From an uncultured Gammaproteobacteria bacterium (GTDB lineage Bacteria; Patescibacteriota; Microgenomatia; UBA8517): a DNA stretch of 64,000 nt. Position 1 is the stretch's first letter; each line of letters opens with the position of its first letter. Where the stretch lies: contig CAZTVZ010000003.1 in NCBI GenBank assembly GCA_964617045.1, positions 32,257-96,256 on the forward strand, in the 5' to 3' direction. The notes under the pieces were generated by a model, which saw only the letters and a program-made list of their open reading frames with translations, did no database searches and was not told where the DNA came from. Positions 47,576 through 55,587 of the stretch are shown here, one piece after another. A program made the position numbers and the translations under genes.

Positions 47576-48477
47576 CAAGACCTCTTCACTGGATAAAAAA
47601 TTTGTCGCTATTTGCGGCAATTCTATTTACGGGTGAATTGTATAACCCGATTCTTTTTTGGAAAGTATTTTGGGCTTTTATAGCCTTCAACTTTGCAACA
47701 TCCGCAACATATGTTTTTAATGACATACTGGATGTAAAGGTTGATAGACTTCATCCGATTAAAAAGAACAGACCAATCGCTTCAGGAAAAATGTCTATTC
47801 CCGTTGCAATCGCACTATCTCTCGGATTATCTTTGGCTTCTCTTTATCTTGCTGTTAATTTAAATTCCTTATTCTTTTTTATGGTTCTTTCTTATCTTGC
47901 AATTCAAATCCTATACAGCTTGGGTCTTAAAAAAGTACCTATCGTAGATATTCTTATCATTGCTTTCGGCTTTATTATGAGAGTATATTCAGGAGCTTTC
48001 GTTATTGATGCCCATCTTTCCGTTTGGTTTTTGCTGTGTGTAATTTCCGTAGCTCTGTTTTTGGCTTCAGGAAAAAGAAGAGCTGAACTTAATATTATTC
48101 AAAAAACAACAGTTGTCACAAGAGAAAGTTTAACAAAATACGACACCGAGCTTCTGAATTCTTTCGTCACGATGTTTGGAAGTGCAGCATGGTTGTCCTG
48201 GTCTCTTTTTTCATTTTTTGAATCACCAACAGCATCAACTCCCCTTTGGCTGTTGCTTTCGGAAATTTCGAAAACAACAACAATAAATAAATTAATGATG
48301 ATTACTATTCCAATTGTTATTTTTGGAATAATGAGATATCAAAGCCTTATCTTTAGAGGAAAAAGCGAAGCACCCGAAAAAGTACTCCTTACGGACAAAT
48401 CTCTTGTTATTTCTGTTCTCCTATGGCTTGGTTTGGTTATCTTCGTTCTATATGGCGGCATTGCCGCAGATTTTTAA
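47542..48477 (+). CDS. UbiA-family decaprenyl-phosphate phosphoribosyltransferase-like protein
   Basis: RPLHWIKN, YVFNDILD...DRLHPIKKNRPIASG, YS.GLK, GF.MRV.SGA, LFLA.GKRRAEL, R.SL..Y, P....G..RY; GTG start. Confidence 0.85.
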   Translation: MANLPSQIIKITRPLHWIKNLSLFAAILFTGELYNPILFWKVFWAFIAFNFATSATYVFNDILDVKVDRLHPIKKNRPIASGKMSIPVAIALSLGLSLASLYLAVNLNSLFFFMVLSYLAIQILYSLGLKKVPIVDILIIAFGFIMRVYSGAFVIDAHLSVWFLLCVISVALFLASGKRRAELNIIQKTTVVTRESLTKYDTELLNSFVTMFGSAAWLSWSLFSFFESPTASTPLWLLLSEISKTTTINKLMMITIPIVIFGIMRYQSLIFRGKSEAPEKVLLTDKSLVISVLLWLGLVIFVLYGGIAADF

Positions 48478-49349
48478 TTCGTTTCCGAGGTAATCGAAGG
48501 GGTAGGAGAAATCAATACGTCTTCAATGATTCTACTATAAAGATTTGATACCCAACCTTCTTTCCCATCCATGTATTCAATTCTATACCAACCCGTTCCC
48601 GAATCTGTTTCCAAATATCGGAATCTTTCTCCAGGTTTTGCTTCTGCCAATAATTCTCCCGAAGCGGATGGCGTAGCCCTTATTCTCAGATATCCTGTTG
48701 GTGTTTCTTGTATCTCGACAACCGTAACTTTTACTTCCTCTGTAACCGTAGGTGTGGGAGTAGCAAGAACATCTCCGGTTGGAGCAAGTTTAATAACAGC
48801 GGTCAATTTATACCCCTCAATCAAGTTAATTTCCATTACTCTTTCCGTATATCCAGGAGAGAACACTTTCAGTTCATGCTTACCGGGTCCAAAAAGAGTA
48901 CTTTTGTGGGGGGAAAAACCTACCGACTTTCCGTCTACAAATACGGGCACGTTGTTGGGTCTTGAGATAACTGCTAGGCTTGTTTCTTTTCCCGGCGCTT
49001 TTTCAAATGAAATAATTGCTCCTTCAGAGGATTCTTCTGTTTCACCAAACTTGTATTCAATTATTGTTTGGATTTTCGAGCTCAGTCGAACCCTTGTTTC
49101 ATACGGAACAAGAAGTTTATCAGTCGTTTGTGGCACTAACTTAACAATCAAATCTCCACTTTTCAATTCAGCCTTATATGGTGTTTGCCCAACCATTTCA
49201 CCATTTATATATACAGTCGAAATAGGTTCGGAATTAACACTGATTCCGGCATTGGGTTTTCTGGCGGATGAACCCATTATATAAAGGCCGATTGAAGAAA
49301 GAATCAAAAAGGTGCCTATACCAATAAGGATGGGTTTAAGTTTATTCAT
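48474..49349 (-). CDS. Membrane-anchored PEGA-domain protein with C-terminal bacterial SH3 domain
   Basis: Two PEGA-like repeats (VNSEP..TVYING..VGQTP; ISRP...VFVDG..VG.SP), T/P linker, LRIRATPS..WYRI..GWVS; ATG 49349. Confidence 0.85.
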   Translation of the reverse strand: MNKLKPILIGIGTFLILSSIGLYIMGSSARKPNAGISVNSEPISTVYINGEMVGQTPYKAELKSGDLIVKLVPQTTDKLLVPYETRVRLSSKIQTIIEYKFGETEESSEGAIISFEKAPGKETSLAVISRPNNVPVFVDGKSVGFSPHKSTLFGPGKHELKVFSPGYTERVMEINLIEGYKLTAVIKLAPTGDVLATPTPTVTEEVKVTVVEIQETPTGYLRIRATPSASGELLAEAKPGERFRYLETDSGTGWYRIEYMDGKEGWVSNLYSRIIEDVLISPTPSITSETN

Positions 49350-49400
49350 CAGCAGGGGAAGTTTATCATGGCCATATTTACCTAGGCAAGGCAACCTCTT

Positions 49401-49429
49401 TTGAAGATTAGGTTCAAATGATTTAAAAT
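49401..49429 (+). promoter_or_regulatory. Promoter of tRNA-Cys
   Basis: TTGAAG, 17 nt, TAAAAT. Confidence 0.6.
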
Positions 49430-49446
49430 AAGCCTTACCAAGTTGT

Positions 49447-49518
49447 GGCCTGGTGGTGAAGTGGAAACACGGCTGTCTGCAAAACAGCTATGCGCGGGTT
49501 CGATTCCCGCCCAGGCCT
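49447..49518 (+). tRNA. tRNA-Cys (GCA), CCA not encoded
   Basis: Acceptor stem GGCCTGG/CCAGGCC, D arm GTG-aagtggaaa-CAC, anticodon arm GCTGT-CT-GCA-AA-ACAGC, T arm GCGGG-TTCGATT-CCCGC, discriminator U. Confidence 0.97.
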
Positions 49519-50387
49519 CACAGATTTAACCTTTTTTTAAGCTCCAATCCGTATTCTTTGCTTTTCAAGGCAAATTGCATTATTGCTTCCAGGTATCCAA
49601 TTTTACTCCCCGTGTCATAATACTTGGCGTTGGATAATTCCAAAGCATAGCACTTCCCTTTGCCTGCCATTAGCATTCTGTCAATTGCATCCAGATAGCA
49701 AGGCTCTCTTCCTTCAACCTCTTTTATGGCCTTGGCAAAAAAGGGTTTAGCTTCCGGTGTAATCAAAAATCCAGACACTGTTGCGAGCTCACTCGGAGCC
49801 TTGCCCGGACCGGGTTTCTCAATAACGCTCTCGACATCCATTACATGCCCTGACACCATCTTGCCCTTAGCATATCCGTACTTGAGAGTATCTTCTTCTT
49901 TGCTGGTTCTGATTGCACCTAGAACGACGCCTCTATATTTGTCGTAAGCCTTGATTAATTGCTTAGCCCTGGAAGGTGAGGCTACAACGAAATCATCTCC
50001 CCAGAAGACCAAAAAAGGCTCGTTTCCAATATACTTGAGGCTGTTGTGGATAGGGACAGCATTACCGCTTTTACCTTTCTGTTTTATAAACCGAAAAGAG
50101 GCCAATTTCTCAATCTTTTTAAGGCTGTCCGCAATATCGGATTTCCCAGAATCTCTCAGAAGCTTGTCAAGCCTGGGGTTAGGCTTAAAATAGTTCTCCA
50201 GCACTTTTTTGTCTCCCTTTGTAACAATTATTATTTCTTCTATTCCTGCGTCAACCAATTCCTCGACAACAATCTGAATAATAGGCTTGTCTAAAACCGG
50301 GAGCATTTCTTTGGGTATTGTTTTTGTGATAGGAAGAAATCTGGTGCCAAAACCGGCTGCAGGGATAACTGCTTTTTTGACTTTCAT
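49518..50387 (-). CDS. galU: UTP--glucose-1-phosphate uridylyltransferase
   Basis: From ATG 50387: KAVIPAAGFGTRFLPITK..PKEMLP, EPFLV.WGDD, IEKP, YYDTG.K.GYL. Confidence 0.92.
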   Translation of the reverse strand: MKVKKAVIPAAGFGTRFLPITKTIPKEMLPVLDKPIIQIVVEELVDAGIEEIIIVTKGDKKVLENYFKPNPRLDKLLRDSGKSDIADSLKKIEKLASFRFIKQKGKSGNAVPIHNSLKYIGNEPFLVFWGDDFVVASPSRAKQLIKAYDKYRGVVLGAIRTSKEEDTLKYGYAKGKMVSGHVMDVESVIEKPGPGKAPSELATVSGFLITPEAKPFFAKAIKEVEGREPCYLDAIDRMLMAGKGKCYALELSNAKYYDTGSKIGYLEAIMQFALKSKEYGLELKKRLNL

Positions 50388-50435
50388 TAGGCACATTTTA
50401 GCCTGAAAAGAGTCGTTTGCCAAGACCCTCCAAAC

Positions 50436-50465
50436 TTGACTTTTCGGGTTTTTGTAGGGTATAAT
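50436..50465 (+). promoter_or_regulatory. Promoter upstream of the structured leader and M23 gene
   Basis: TTGACT (50436-50441), 18 nt, TATAAT (50460-50465). Confidence 0.7.
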
Positions 50466-50470
50466 CGGCC

Positions 50471-50613
50471 ACTCGCTAAAAAGCGAGTTTTTTGTGCTTA
50501 GCCTTAAACTAGGCTCAAAAGTATAGGCCTTGCCCAAGCTTAAAACTTGGGCATTGTTTTTCTTTGGATTTCCATTGAAAAGCCCCCCTTGCGGGCTGCC
50601 GAGGCAAGGGATT
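50471..50613 (+). ncRNA. Candidate structured 5' leader RNA (unassigned family)
   Basis: Hairpins ACTCGCT/AGCGAGT, AGCCT/AGGCT, TGCCCAAG/CTTGGGCA and overlapping AGCCC/GGGCT + CCCTTGC/GCAAGGG. Confidence 0.45.
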
Positions 50614-51279
50614 ATGACTAAATTCAACATAAATCTGCCTAAATATCGCCTTCAAATCAATTTGATCAAGAGGCGAGCTTCCAATGAAGACAAACCTTTA
50701 CTTCCCGATCTTGATGAGATCAAAAATACGAAATCCGGAAGCAAGGTTTCTCGTTATTTCAGGCACATCTTTGAGCACAAAAACATTAAAAAAGTGCTTG
50801 GGGCAAACTTGGCTGTAGCCTTAATTGCCACATCTTTTGTACCTGGGAAAATTGACGTCGAGGCAAGTTCCGAAGCCTTTGTTATTGCCGAATCAAACGG
50901 ACCTTTCACCACAGAAAAGGTTGTACAGTATCCTGTGGAAAAAATCTCTATTACCCAAGGATTTAAAGTATTCCATCCCGGAATCGATCTTGACGGAATA
51001 ACCGGAGATCCGATCAAACCCATCAAAAAGGGTGTTGTTGAGGCTATAAGCAGATCTAAATATGCCTACGGAAACGCCATTATTATTAATCACGGAGGAA
51101 ATGTTACATCTTTATATGCTCATTTGAGCAAAATTTTGGTTGCCGAAGGTGACGAGGTCAATACCAACACAATTATTGGTGAAATGGGTGCCACTGGTAG
51201 ATCCTTTGGAGACCATTTGCACTTGGAAATCAGAGATAACGGCATTCCTGTTAATCCACTGTTGATTTTGCCTCGTTAA
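50614..51279 (+). CDS. M23 family metallopeptidase
   Basis: HPGID (HxxxD), YGNAIIINH, SLYAHL, G.TGRSFGDHLHLEI (HxH); start taken at ATG 50614. Confidence 0.92.
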   Translation: MTKFNINLPKYRLQINLIKRRASNEDKPLLPDLDEIKNTKSGSKVSRYFRHIFEHKNIKKVLGANLAVALIATSFVPGKIDVEASSEAFVIAESNGPFTTEKVVQYPVEKISITQGFKVFHPGIDLDGITGDPIKPIKKGVVEAISRSKYAYGNAIIINHGGNVTSLYAHLSKILVAEGDEVNTNTIIGEMGATGRSFGDHLHLEIRDNGIPVNPLLILPR

Positions 51280-51303
51280 GAAACCTGTTAACCCAGGTTA
51301 AGC

Positions 51304-52905
51304 TTACTGTTCGGGAAGTGTTTCTTTCTTCTCTTGGGGTATTTCGGTAACTAAGCCCTCAGTCGTTAAAACCATCATTGCTACGCTTGCGGCATTTTGA
51401 AGTGCTGATCTGGTTACTTTTAGTGGGTCCAAAATTCCGAACTTTGTCATTGAACCAAAATCGCCAGTTAAAGCATTATATCCATAATCCAAATCTTTGC
51501 TTTCCTCAATCTTTCTCAAAACATATCCATCATCTTCCCCTGCGTTTTTTGCCAACCATCTGATAGGTTGCTCAAGAGAGTATCTGACAATTTCAATCCC
51601 AATCTTTTCGTCTTCGTTCTCGGCCTTAACTTTTTCCAAAGCTTTCTTTGCCCTAAGAAGAGCCACTCCTCCGCCGGGAAGTATACCCTCTTCTATAGCT
51701 GCCTGCGTTGCCCCTACAGCATCTTTTACTCTTTCTTTTTTCTCGTTTAATTCAACTTCCGTTGCCGCTCCGACATTAATTTGTGCTACACCTCCTGTAA
51801 GTTTTGCCAATCTCTCCTGCAATTTTTCCCTATCGAAATCCGATTTTATTTCCTTAATCTGCGACTTAATTGCTGCAATTCTGGCATTTATTAAGTTCTT
51901 CTTTCCCATTCCCCCTACAATCCTTGCCCTCTCTTTATCGGCCCATACTTTATCGGCTCTTCCAAGTTCTTCGACCTCAACATCCTCAAATGTTTTACCC
52001 GCATCTTTGCTGACAATAACCCCTCCGGTTAGTATGGCTACATCCTCCAAAATTCCTCTTCTGGTGTCTCCAAACCCCGGAGCTTTTATCGCAAGAACAT
52101 TCAAAGTTCCTCTGAGTTTATTAACCACCAGGGTAGCAAGCGCTTCACCCTCAATTTCCTCTGCTATAATTACCAAGTTTTTACCTACTTTTACAAATTT
52201 CTCCAAAAAAGGAAGTATTTCACTGATGGCTGTTATGTTTTTATCGGTTATTAATATATAAGGATTGTCAATTTCCGCCTCCATTTTGTCAGGATTGGTA
52301 ACGAAATATGGAGAAAAATATCCTTTATCGAATTCCATTCCTTCTTTGTATTCGATATCGATCGTTAGTCCTTTTCCGTCTTCAACGGTAACAACCCTGT
52401 CTTCTTTTCCTAAAGCTTCTGCGATCTTTGCTCCTATCTCGGAATCACCCGCAGAAACAGTGGCAACCTGTGTTATTTCTTCTCTGTTCTTAATGGGTTT
52501 TCCGATTCTTTTAAGTTCTTCCACAACCGCAGAAACAGCTTTTTCCATTCCTTTTTTCAATATCATTGGATTTGCTCCAGCAGTAACATTTTTCATTCCC
52601 ATTTCGGTCATTTCTCTGGCCAAAAGAGTGGCCGTTGTCGTTCCGTCACCGGCATTGTCATTGGTTTTGCTGGCAGCTTCCTTAACAATTTGTGCCCCCA
52701 TGTTTTCAAAAGGGTCGGGGAGTTCAATTTCTTTTGCAACAGAAACTCCATCATGTACTATTGTTGGAGCTCCCCATTTTCTATCCAAAGCAATATTTCT
52801 TCCTTTAGGTCCAAGGGTTGTTACAACTGCTTTGGCAACAACCTGAATACCATTTAAGAGAGCTTGCCTTGCATCTTCCGAAAATTTAAGCTGTTTTGGT
52901 GTCAT
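51304..52905 (-). CDS. groL: Chaperonin GroEL
   Basis: TLGPKGRN, AGDGTTTAT, EGMEFDKG, KAPGFGD, KLQERLAKL.GGVA; no GGM tail. Confidence 0.98.
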   Translation of the reverse strand: MTPKQLKFSEDARQALLNGIQVVAKAVVTTLGPKGRNIALDRKWGAPTIVHDGVSVAKEIELPDPFENMGAQIVKEAASKTNDNAGDGTTTATLLAREMTEMGMKNVTAGANPMILKKGMEKAVSAVVEELKRIGKPIKNREEITQVATVSAGDSEIGAKIAEALGKEDRVVTVEDGKGLTIDIEYKEGMEFDKGYFSPYFVTNPDKMEAEIDNPYILITDKNITAISEILPFLEKFVKVGKNLVIIAEEIEGEALATLVVNKLRGTLNVLAIKAPGFGDTRRGILEDVAILTGGVIVSKDAGKTFEDVEVEELGRADKVWADKERARIVGGMGKKNLINARIAAIKSQIKEIKSDFDREKLQERLAKLTGGVAQINVGAATEVELNEKKERVKDAVGATQAAIEEGILPGGGVALLRAKKALEKVKAENEDEKIGIEIVRYSLEQPIRWLAKNAGEDDGYVLRKIEESKDLDYGYNALTGDFGSMTKFGILDPLKVTRSALQNAASVAMMVLTTEGLVTEIPQEKKETLPEQ

Positions 52906-53210
52906 TTTATTACTCCTAATATTTCCTCAAACTTTGCAAAAAGATATTCTTTTCCTTCAAACTTGATCTTATTTCCGCTCCATTCTTTGTAAAAGACCTT
53001 ATCACCTTTTTTTACGGGAGATTTGTTTTCGTTCCCGTCTTCTCTTGAAGAATCTCCAACTTCAATAACAAGTCCCATTGTGGGTTTTTCTTTTGCATTG
53101 TCGGGGAGATATATTCCTGATGAGGTTTTTGTTTGCGCTTCAAGAGGTTCCAAAAGCACATATCCCGGAGTGGGAATAATATTTATTTTATTTTCTTTTT
53201 TGCTTTTCAT
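52902..53210 (-). CDS. groS: Co-chaperonin GroES
   Basis: KTSSGIYLPDNAKEKP..G.VIEVG, VKKGDKV; coupled to groL. Confidence 0.96.
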   Translation of the reverse strand: MKSKKENKINIIPTPGYVLLEPLEAQTKTSSGIYLPDNAKEKPTMGLVIEVGDSSREDGNENKSPVKKGDKVFYKEWSGNKIKFEGKEYLFAKFEEILGVIK

Positions 53211-53214
53211 CTGG

Positions 53215-53241
53215 TTAGCAAATTAGCTTAGTGAGTGCTAT
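53215..53241. promoter_or_regulatory. CIRCE element upstream of groES
   Basis: TTAGCAAAT-N9-GAGTGCTAT between the -10 box and the ATG. Confidence 0.75.
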
Positions 53242-53268
53242 TTTAGCCAGGGTTTTTTCAATTGTCAA
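53240..53268 (-). promoter_or_regulatory. Promoter of groES-groEL
   Basis: TTGACA (53268-53263), 17 nt, TAAAAT (53245-53240). Confidence 0.82.
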
Positions 53269-53285
53269 TAGTTTTAATTAAGAAG

Positions 53286-54140
53286 TTATAACTTAAATCC
53301 TTTTCCCCTAAGCTGACGCAATATTTCCGGCCATAAATCTGTGGGGTGAAATATTGCCCTGTCTTCCCTGACAATTTCTTTGGTAATTTTATCTTTCATA
53401 TATTTATGCTGCAGATTAAAAAGCATTTTTTCTATTCTCCCCGCCTGTACCCTTATCGCTGTGTTTTCTCTTTTGTTAATGGAAATCGAACTGGGCCAAT
53501 AATCTTTTACCCAAATGTTTTCTGACAAAAACCTTTCATATACATTCCTTCTGTTAAGTAGTGGTTTGACCTGTATTATTTCGTGGGCAGAAAAAATATT
53601 TCTTTCTTTCTCCGGCCAAACCAGACTAGATTCATCCAACCACATGTTCATGCAAAGCCTGTCTTTCTGGTCCACAATTCCGTGTCTTCTCATTTTAAAT
53701 CCACTTGCTGTTAATAAAAGGAAAGACAAAAGACGGGAAGTCCACAGTCTTCCACTTTTAACGATAATCATCAAATCAATATCTCCTTCTTCTTTTGCAT
53801 TACCCATTGCTACAGATCCGGTTAAAAAGACCCCTGTAATCCAAGGAATAAGAGATAGTATTCGGACAGATTTCTTCGCAATTAATTGTTTTTTCTCGGA
53901 TAATCTTTTCCTTAAAGCTCTTTTAAGAAGAAGTCCTTCCTGGCCATTAATAAAATAGAATCCTTTTTGATAACCGATGTCCTTCGGTAAATGGTATGGT
54001 TTAATCAGTTTTGGAGAAACCTCCCATTTGATTAACTCCCCGGAACTTAACGGATATTCGAAAATGTTGTGATAGACGATAGAAGCAAGCGTTGTTGGAG
54101 AAACAATATCTCCAATTTTACTGACCTGTTGCAAAACCAT
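53286..54140 (-). CDS. Pol-beta-superfamily nucleotidyltransferase-domain protein
   Basis: LTGSVAMGNAKEEGDIDLMII (GS...DxD) and RLCMNMWLDE; start uncertain (ATG 54140 chosen). Confidence 0.75.
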   Translation of the reverse strand: MVLQQVSKIGDIVSPTTLASIVYHNIFEYPLSSGELIKWEVSPKLIKPYHLPKDIGYQKGFYFINGQEGLLLKRALRKRLSEKKQLIAKKSVRILSLIPWITGVFLTGSVAMGNAKEEGDIDLMIIVKSGRLWTSRLLSFLLLTASGFKMRRHGIVDQKDRLCMNMWLDESSLVWPEKERNIFSAHEIIQVKPLLNRRNVYERFLSENIWVKDYWPSSISINKRENTAIRVQAGRIEKMLFNLQHKYMKDKITKEIVREDRAIFHPTDLWPEILRQLRGKGFKL

Positions 54141-55530
54141 ATTGAGATAATACCTGTTTGACTCCCTGGGCAACAGTCTCAAGTGCTTTGTTTGTTGGAT
54201 TATTGGTATTAACAGAATTTATTGCATCTTCGAAATATTTCGAGATTAAACTGTTTATTCCCGTGTTCCCATCAAAAGTCCTGGATACCAAATACCAGCT
54301 CTGTGCATCAACCGCTGTTTCAACAATGCCACCAAGCACAGGGTCATTTTTCAACATTTCTTGCATGTCTCTTCTTGGATATGCCTCACCAAATTGTCTG
54401 GTTTTTGCTGCACTTAGATACATTTTTTCCATTGTTTCTTTTTGTGAAAGAAACTTAACAAACTTCCAGGCTTCTTCTTTGTTTTTACTTCTACTCCAGA
54501 CTCCCTCAGCCCAATAAGTTGCATAACCCGTGTCGGGTTCCGTTGGGGACTGTTTTGCAATTTGAGGAATTTTTACTACTCTGAATTTTAAACTAGGATT
54601 TTGTTCTCGTATTTCAAACGCTCTCCACGAGGGTCCAATATACATTGCCACCTTCCCTGCAGCAAAAGCAACAGTTGAGGGAGGCATCGCGGAATCCCAC
54701 ACTCCATCCGTTTTAGAAAAAACGGTGAAGTAATTCAAAGCATCTTCTGCGAGTTTTCCTGTTGGATTATTCAAATTAACCCCGTTTTGAATCATCAAAA
54801 GCGCGATTATTTCCTGCCAATGATCTACATTTTCGGTTCTTCCCATTGCTATCCCTGACCTTACAATGAGATCTTGGTCATCTTTTTGGGTTAGTTCAAC
54901 TGCCAAGGCCCTCAGATCATCCCATGTTGCAGGAGGATTTTTCCCTTCCTGAGAAAAAATATCTTCGTTAATATATAAACCCAAACCGTCATACATCAAA
55001 GGAACTCCCACGATTCCACTGTTGCCGGTCAAATCGGATGTTGCGATCGGATAATAATTTGTTGCAAATTCCGAAGCCGACATAACGGAAGCAGGCATAG
55101 TATCCAATTCTCCCCTAAACATAGGCACCCAAGAGTTGTGGAATCTAAAGATATCCGGGCCCGTTCCTTTGGCAAAAGAGTTTGTTAGTCTCTCGCGGTA
55201 GTCCTGATGAGACTGTTTTACATAATTTATTTTAATTTTCGGATTTTCATTTTCATATTCGGCAATAATTGGAGCAACAATGGATTGATCTTCCCATAAA
55301 CCCCACCAAGTTATTGTTGTTTCCGAACCGGGGACTCCCTTTCCCAGCAAAAATATTCCCGCGATTATCACTCCAAGAGCGGCAAGAACGGCAATTAGAA
55401 TAATTACAAACTTGGAATTATTTTTCTTGGGTGGAGGTGGAGTGTTAATACCCACACTTGACTGAACAGTGACCGGACTCGGTATTTGTTGTTGCACAAT
55501 CGGTGGATTTTGAGGTGCTTGATTTTCCAT
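54118..55530 (-). CDS. Membrane-anchored extracellular solute-binding protein (sugar ABC family 1)
   Basis: TM, ITWWG, GPDIF, GVPL..D.LGLYIN.D, PPATWDDL, FAAGKVAM, AWKFVKFL. Confidence 0.88.
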   Translation of the reverse strand: MENQAPQNPPIVQQQIPSPVTVQSSVGINTPPPPKKNNSKFVIILIAVLAALGVIIAGIFLLGKGVPGSETTITWWGLWEDQSIVAPIIAEYENENPKIKINYVKQSHQDYRERLTNSFAKGTGPDIFRFHNSWVPMFRGELDTMPASVMSASEFATNYYPIATSDLTGNSGIVGVPLMYDGLGLYINEDIFSQEGKNPPATWDDLRALAVELTQKDDQDLIVRSGIAMGRTENVDHWQEIIALLMIQNGVNLNNPTGKLAEDALNYFTVFSKTDGVWDSAMPPSTVAFAAGKVAMYIGPSWRAFEIREQNPSLKFRVVKIPQIAKQSPTEPDTGYATYWAEGVWSRSKNKEEAWKFVKFLSQKETMEKMYLSAAKTRQFGEAYPRRDMQEMLKNDPVLGGIVETAVDAQSWYLVSRTFDGNTGINSLISKYFEDAINSVNTNNPTNKALETVAQGVKQVLSQYGFATGQ

Positions 55531-55587
55531 AATGTTGATAGAGATTTAGCTCAATTCTACAATATAAATGTTATCATACAGACATAC

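Noticed and set aside
50388-50630. N-terminal extensions in the ORF track (galU to 50630; likewise ruvX to 1908, rpsT from 24749, VanW from 55486)
   Set aside because: Family homology begins at downstream ATGs, and the extensions run across promoters or neighbouring genes.
51282-51300. Hairpin AACCTG-ttaacc-CAGGTT between the convergent M23 and groL genes as a terminator
   Set aside because: Only 6 bp and no U-tract on either strand; too weak to call.
49447-51303. Genomic island integrated at tRNA-Cys
   Set aside because: No integrase and no convincing duplicate of the tRNA 3' end (only a CCCAGG match near 51292).
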